The position numbers and the translations under genes are program-made. From assembly GCA_002633005.1 (NCBI GenBank), contig NMRA01000123.1, positions 480,553 to 544,552 of the forward strand: a stretch of DNA of 64,000 nucleotides, in the 5' to 3' direction. Origin of the DNA: Phoronis australis. Lineage: Eukaryota > Animalia > Phoronida. How positions within the stretch are numbered: position 1 is the first letter of the stretch; each line of letters opens with the position of its first letter. Positions 60,372 to 64,000 of this stretch are shown piece by piece. Under the pieces are notes generated by a model. It ran no database searches and had not been told where the DNA came from. It saw nothing but the letters and a program-made list of their open reading frames with translations.

Positions 60372-63077
60372 TGTGTCATGGGCTGGTATGTTCGACCCTG
60401 CAAACACATCATACGGATACTGGGCTAGAATTAGTTCAAGCAAGTGATCTAAACGTCATTTCCTGAGTGCCCGTTGTTTGAAATTGAAAAATGTGTAATA
60501 GGTGAATTACGGGTTCGCCGTACACAAGTCCGTGTATTGAGCCAAATGCCACAAGACTATGTTTCTTAGTGGAATACAGCTATTTTCTGCAAGTAGAGAA
60601 GCTGTAGAATTTGACGCTTTACTTCATACCAACCCGCCAATCTTTTGGGTCGCGTGACCATACCGTTTTAGCAAACGTAAACTTTTTAAAGGCAAGTAAA
60701 AATAAGGAAACGTTCAGCCCAAAGAAATACTTAACATGGCCAAATTTCATTTATTAAAAAAGTGCAAAAACACTGCTACAGTCCAAAAATGTTCATCAGG
60801 GCTGGGTTGCATAAAACTTCAAAATTATCCGCTTGATATGTTAGGTTGTTACATGACTTCAGGTGCATTGTTCAACAATAACAACGTGACACGTCATTGT
60901 TGCTATACGGCGTATAACGTTTATGCAACTGGGCCCTTGCTGGTAAATGTCCATTATCGTTATCAAAAGGGTTATATGAATACAAGCGGGTTGATTTGTT
61001 CATCATTGAGACTTTCACCTTTCACGCGCATGCAACAAGAACCGGTTGCAGATGCAAGGTAATTCCCAGCCTCGAGTACACACTGTAGGGGATGTGGCGC
61101 CTGATTTGTGCGACCACTCTGATCTACTCGAAACCCTACTAGTGGCACAGAGAAGAGGAAAAGCAAATGTAAGACAACGTTACAATACAACGCGATGGCG
61201 AAGGGATAATGAAGCCGTCATGACTTGTATGTGTCATAGGCCCACACAATATGTTTTGAAACTATAAAAAGCTAAATGATATATTTCACATTAGAAACTG
61301 TTCATGTTGTATGAAAGTCAAATGCACGGTAAAAATAATAGGTGTACTCGTATTATAAATGTCGTATACATCTGGTTTAGCTCATGTATGGTTGAACCAG
61401 GGAGTCGGTGATGAACAATATTTTTGTCGGAATTCAAACAAAATCTGAGAGGTGTTAACTTTCAAAGTTGGTTGTCGGTAGCAAAAAAGTGTGAATTTTA
61501 CAATAGAATCAAATCTGGGTTGTGTTGTAAAAAGTATCCGTGTGGGGAGATGACGCAGCACCAGATAATTCTTCATAGCAATTATTAGATATTCGCCAGT
61601 TCGTCGCATAGATGTCGGTAGATTGGCGTAGCCTTCTGTGGCCAGTTGCATAAAAGTTTCGAAAACCATATATTCTCGTTTTATCGTTTATGAACAATAA
61701 AAAAGTCATTTAATGAGATCACTTCAATCGAAGTAAAGCTCACGTTCCTAAATTGGTGAAAATCGCCTCCAATGACGTAACTGCATTGTGAAGTTTGCTC
61801 CCGCCTGTGCCATTGTCGCAAAACAGAGCATTGATTCGGTAAAGATACTTCTTATCATGCCATGAACAGCTTCAAGGCACACTTTTTGTGGTCAACCATG
61901 CTGTTCTACGTTGTACAGTAATTTTTCTTTAGCCAGTGAGTACGAGGAAACTAGCCTATTTAAAGAGGTCGTGTTAAAACACGATCTCTTTTATACAGCT
62001 CTTATGTTTCAAAAAAGCGATTTTTTTCATAATGTCTGAACATCACAGATAAGAATGGTCTGACCTGTAAACTGCAGTCTTAAAAACACCTTCGACAAGA
62101 TATGAAACTACATGCTAGGAGTTTTTCAAAAAGTCATTTTGAGTTTTAATGTCATGTGACCGTTTTTTTAAGGAAAGACGAGACATTTGGTTCGTTCTGC
62201 AATTACAAATGAACAGCTTAAACCCAACTAACCGGTGTGCTTACGTAACTTTTGAAAATCTAAACGTGATTGCGTGTGTGTGGGGTGACGAGTGTTTATG
62301 CATAAATAATTGCTCTTTTCAACTGTTTCTATACTAATTCACTTGTGCAATGTTTACGTGTTGCCCTGATACTTTTTTGTAAATTCGATTTCTGAGCAGT
62401 GAATGTTATCCGTAGTACTTAACTATAACCGTCAATTAAAAACTTTACCAATCCAATAATTTGTGTTGGTGACATCGTACATTTTACATATCAATTGCCC
62501 GACTCATCCCGGACTACCCAAGTTTTTATTTTTCCCGACATCCCGTCACACCACTAGAGTGTCCCGCTTTTTGGCACACGGCGACACTGACATAATATCA
62601 CATAGTATTCTAATTGCACACGCGACATAGACCTATTCTCTCGTTCGACTAAAAAGGAAAAAACGGCACGTTTCATGTGTTATCTAGTTAGCCGTAATTC
62701 CGCATTCGAGTTCAAAAACAACGAAAATTACTTGTGGCGCTTTTGGTCTCCCGTTAACGTTGTCGGGATGCGTTTGTGTGCTGCGGCGAACATTTTACCC
62801 TTTCATGGCGTACATCGAGATAACCCACTTTTTATTCGGAAGTCCCGCTTTTCAATCCGCTTTTATGATTCTCGAATGTCGACAACTGTCCAACAGGTGT
62901 TCATTTGTACCTATGTCATGAATATTGTTATTCCCCAGGTTCCACTTCTTTTAGCAGCATAACAATAAAAAATGTGCTCCAATGCTCCTTGTTTATGATA
63001 ACAAACACTGCATTTACTGATTTTTTACATTCTGAACAAATTACTTTATTTATTAGCTGCGATATACATGTAAATAA

Positions 63078-64000
63078 GGGGCCCGTTCCAAGAAACTGAC
63101 TTAAGTTCATTTTTGACTTAAGTTTAAGACTTTTCTTAAGTTTTTGACTTAAGACAAACCCTAAGATTATTTTGCGTTCCAAGAAACAATCTTAGCTAAG
63201 ACTGACTTAAGTTTTTGTCTTAACTTTAAGTCAACTCTCACCTTGTCTTAACTCGATCTTAAGTTTTTTAAAATGGCCGTATACCACATTCGTCAGCGAA
63301 GAAAGGAAAACCTAGGCAGAGTTTATCGAGAGCGTCTTCAATACGACTCGTATGTTGACCGGTACCGGAAACAAGGATGCAGTTGACTTATTATGCTCTT
63401 TTTTAAAAGACGACCTCGAGCCAGAAACTCGCAGAGGATATTCACTTACAACTGAGCAGCAAGTCTCAGTTGAGTTGCGGTTCTACGCCACTGGAAGCTT
63501 TCAAACGGTCGTAGGTGATAGCCAAGGGGTGACTAAGTCGACCGTTTCAAGAACGATCACAAAAGTAACAAATGCCATCATGCCATCAACAATTCACCCG
63601 ACTTGTCGCTCCCCAACTTGATCGACAACATCGATCTGTACCAGCGGCAATTCCATCAAGTCGCTGGCTTTCCCCGTGTTGTGGGATGCGTAGATGGGTC
63701 ACTAGTAGCGATTAGAGCACCACAGCATGATGAGCAAACATTTGTTTGCAGAAAAGGCTTCCATGCCATAAACGTTCAAGTGGTTGCAGACCCCTTTTTA
63801 AGGTAAGTATCCCAAGTTAATGTCCTTGCTAGAACAACGGAGTCGTCTTAAATAACAGTGTAGGCTACTACTCGACACTATATGAACCGTTCAGTCCACA
63901 GCGTAATTATAAACTTAAGCTGTTTGATTGACCTCACGCGCGACCAAGCAGTCTCTGTTATTGTCTTTGGATACAATGTATTACTGACTTCTGTCGCACG
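63078..64000 (+). mobile_element. PIF/Harbinger transposon, 5' part
   Basis: TAA followed by GGGGCCCGTTCCAAGAAAC terminus, dense subterminal CTTAAG repeats, then transposase sequence. Confidence 0.8.
63273..63802 (+). pseudogene. HARBI1-like (DDE_Tnp_4) transposase, frameshifted, followed by an intron
   Basis: [47 protein letters not shown]; two frame changes; gtaagt donor at 63803. Confidence 0.9.

Noticed and set aside
58813-60447. Plus-strand ORFs of 206, 67 and 85 aa
   Set aside because: They are antisense shadows of the long minus-strand CDS.

Overview
AT-rich, TE-dense animal genomic DNA (probably a marine invertebrate, inferred from the repeat types and gene content). The main feature is missed by the ORF track: a multi-exon minus-strand gene running from 38551 off the left edge. 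I assembled 12 GT-AG exons with consistent phases (1821 nt, about 607 codons, no stops). They encode three 6-Cys EB/EGF-like modules followed by at least five L1/neuroglian/hemolin-type Ig domains. The best-fitting signal-peptide exon (39548-39599) lies on the opposite strand. There are two intronless minus-strand ORFs: a vWA-fold protein with a degenerate MIDAS (44536-45462), and a membrane-anchored helical-repeat protein whose C-terminus resembles the dynein microtubule-binding domain (58389-60371). Transposons include a complete but frameshifted Ty3/gypsy element (26868-31212) inserted in a THAP relic, a decayed second gypsy, a Harbinger transposase pseudogene, Penelope GIY-YIG relics, two inverted copies of a 1.1-kb MITE with 8-bp TSDs, a nested repeat composite, and several foldbacks. 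TACATGTA octamers are abundant and behave like Tc1/mariner excision footprints. All calls were made by eye; no database searches were run.
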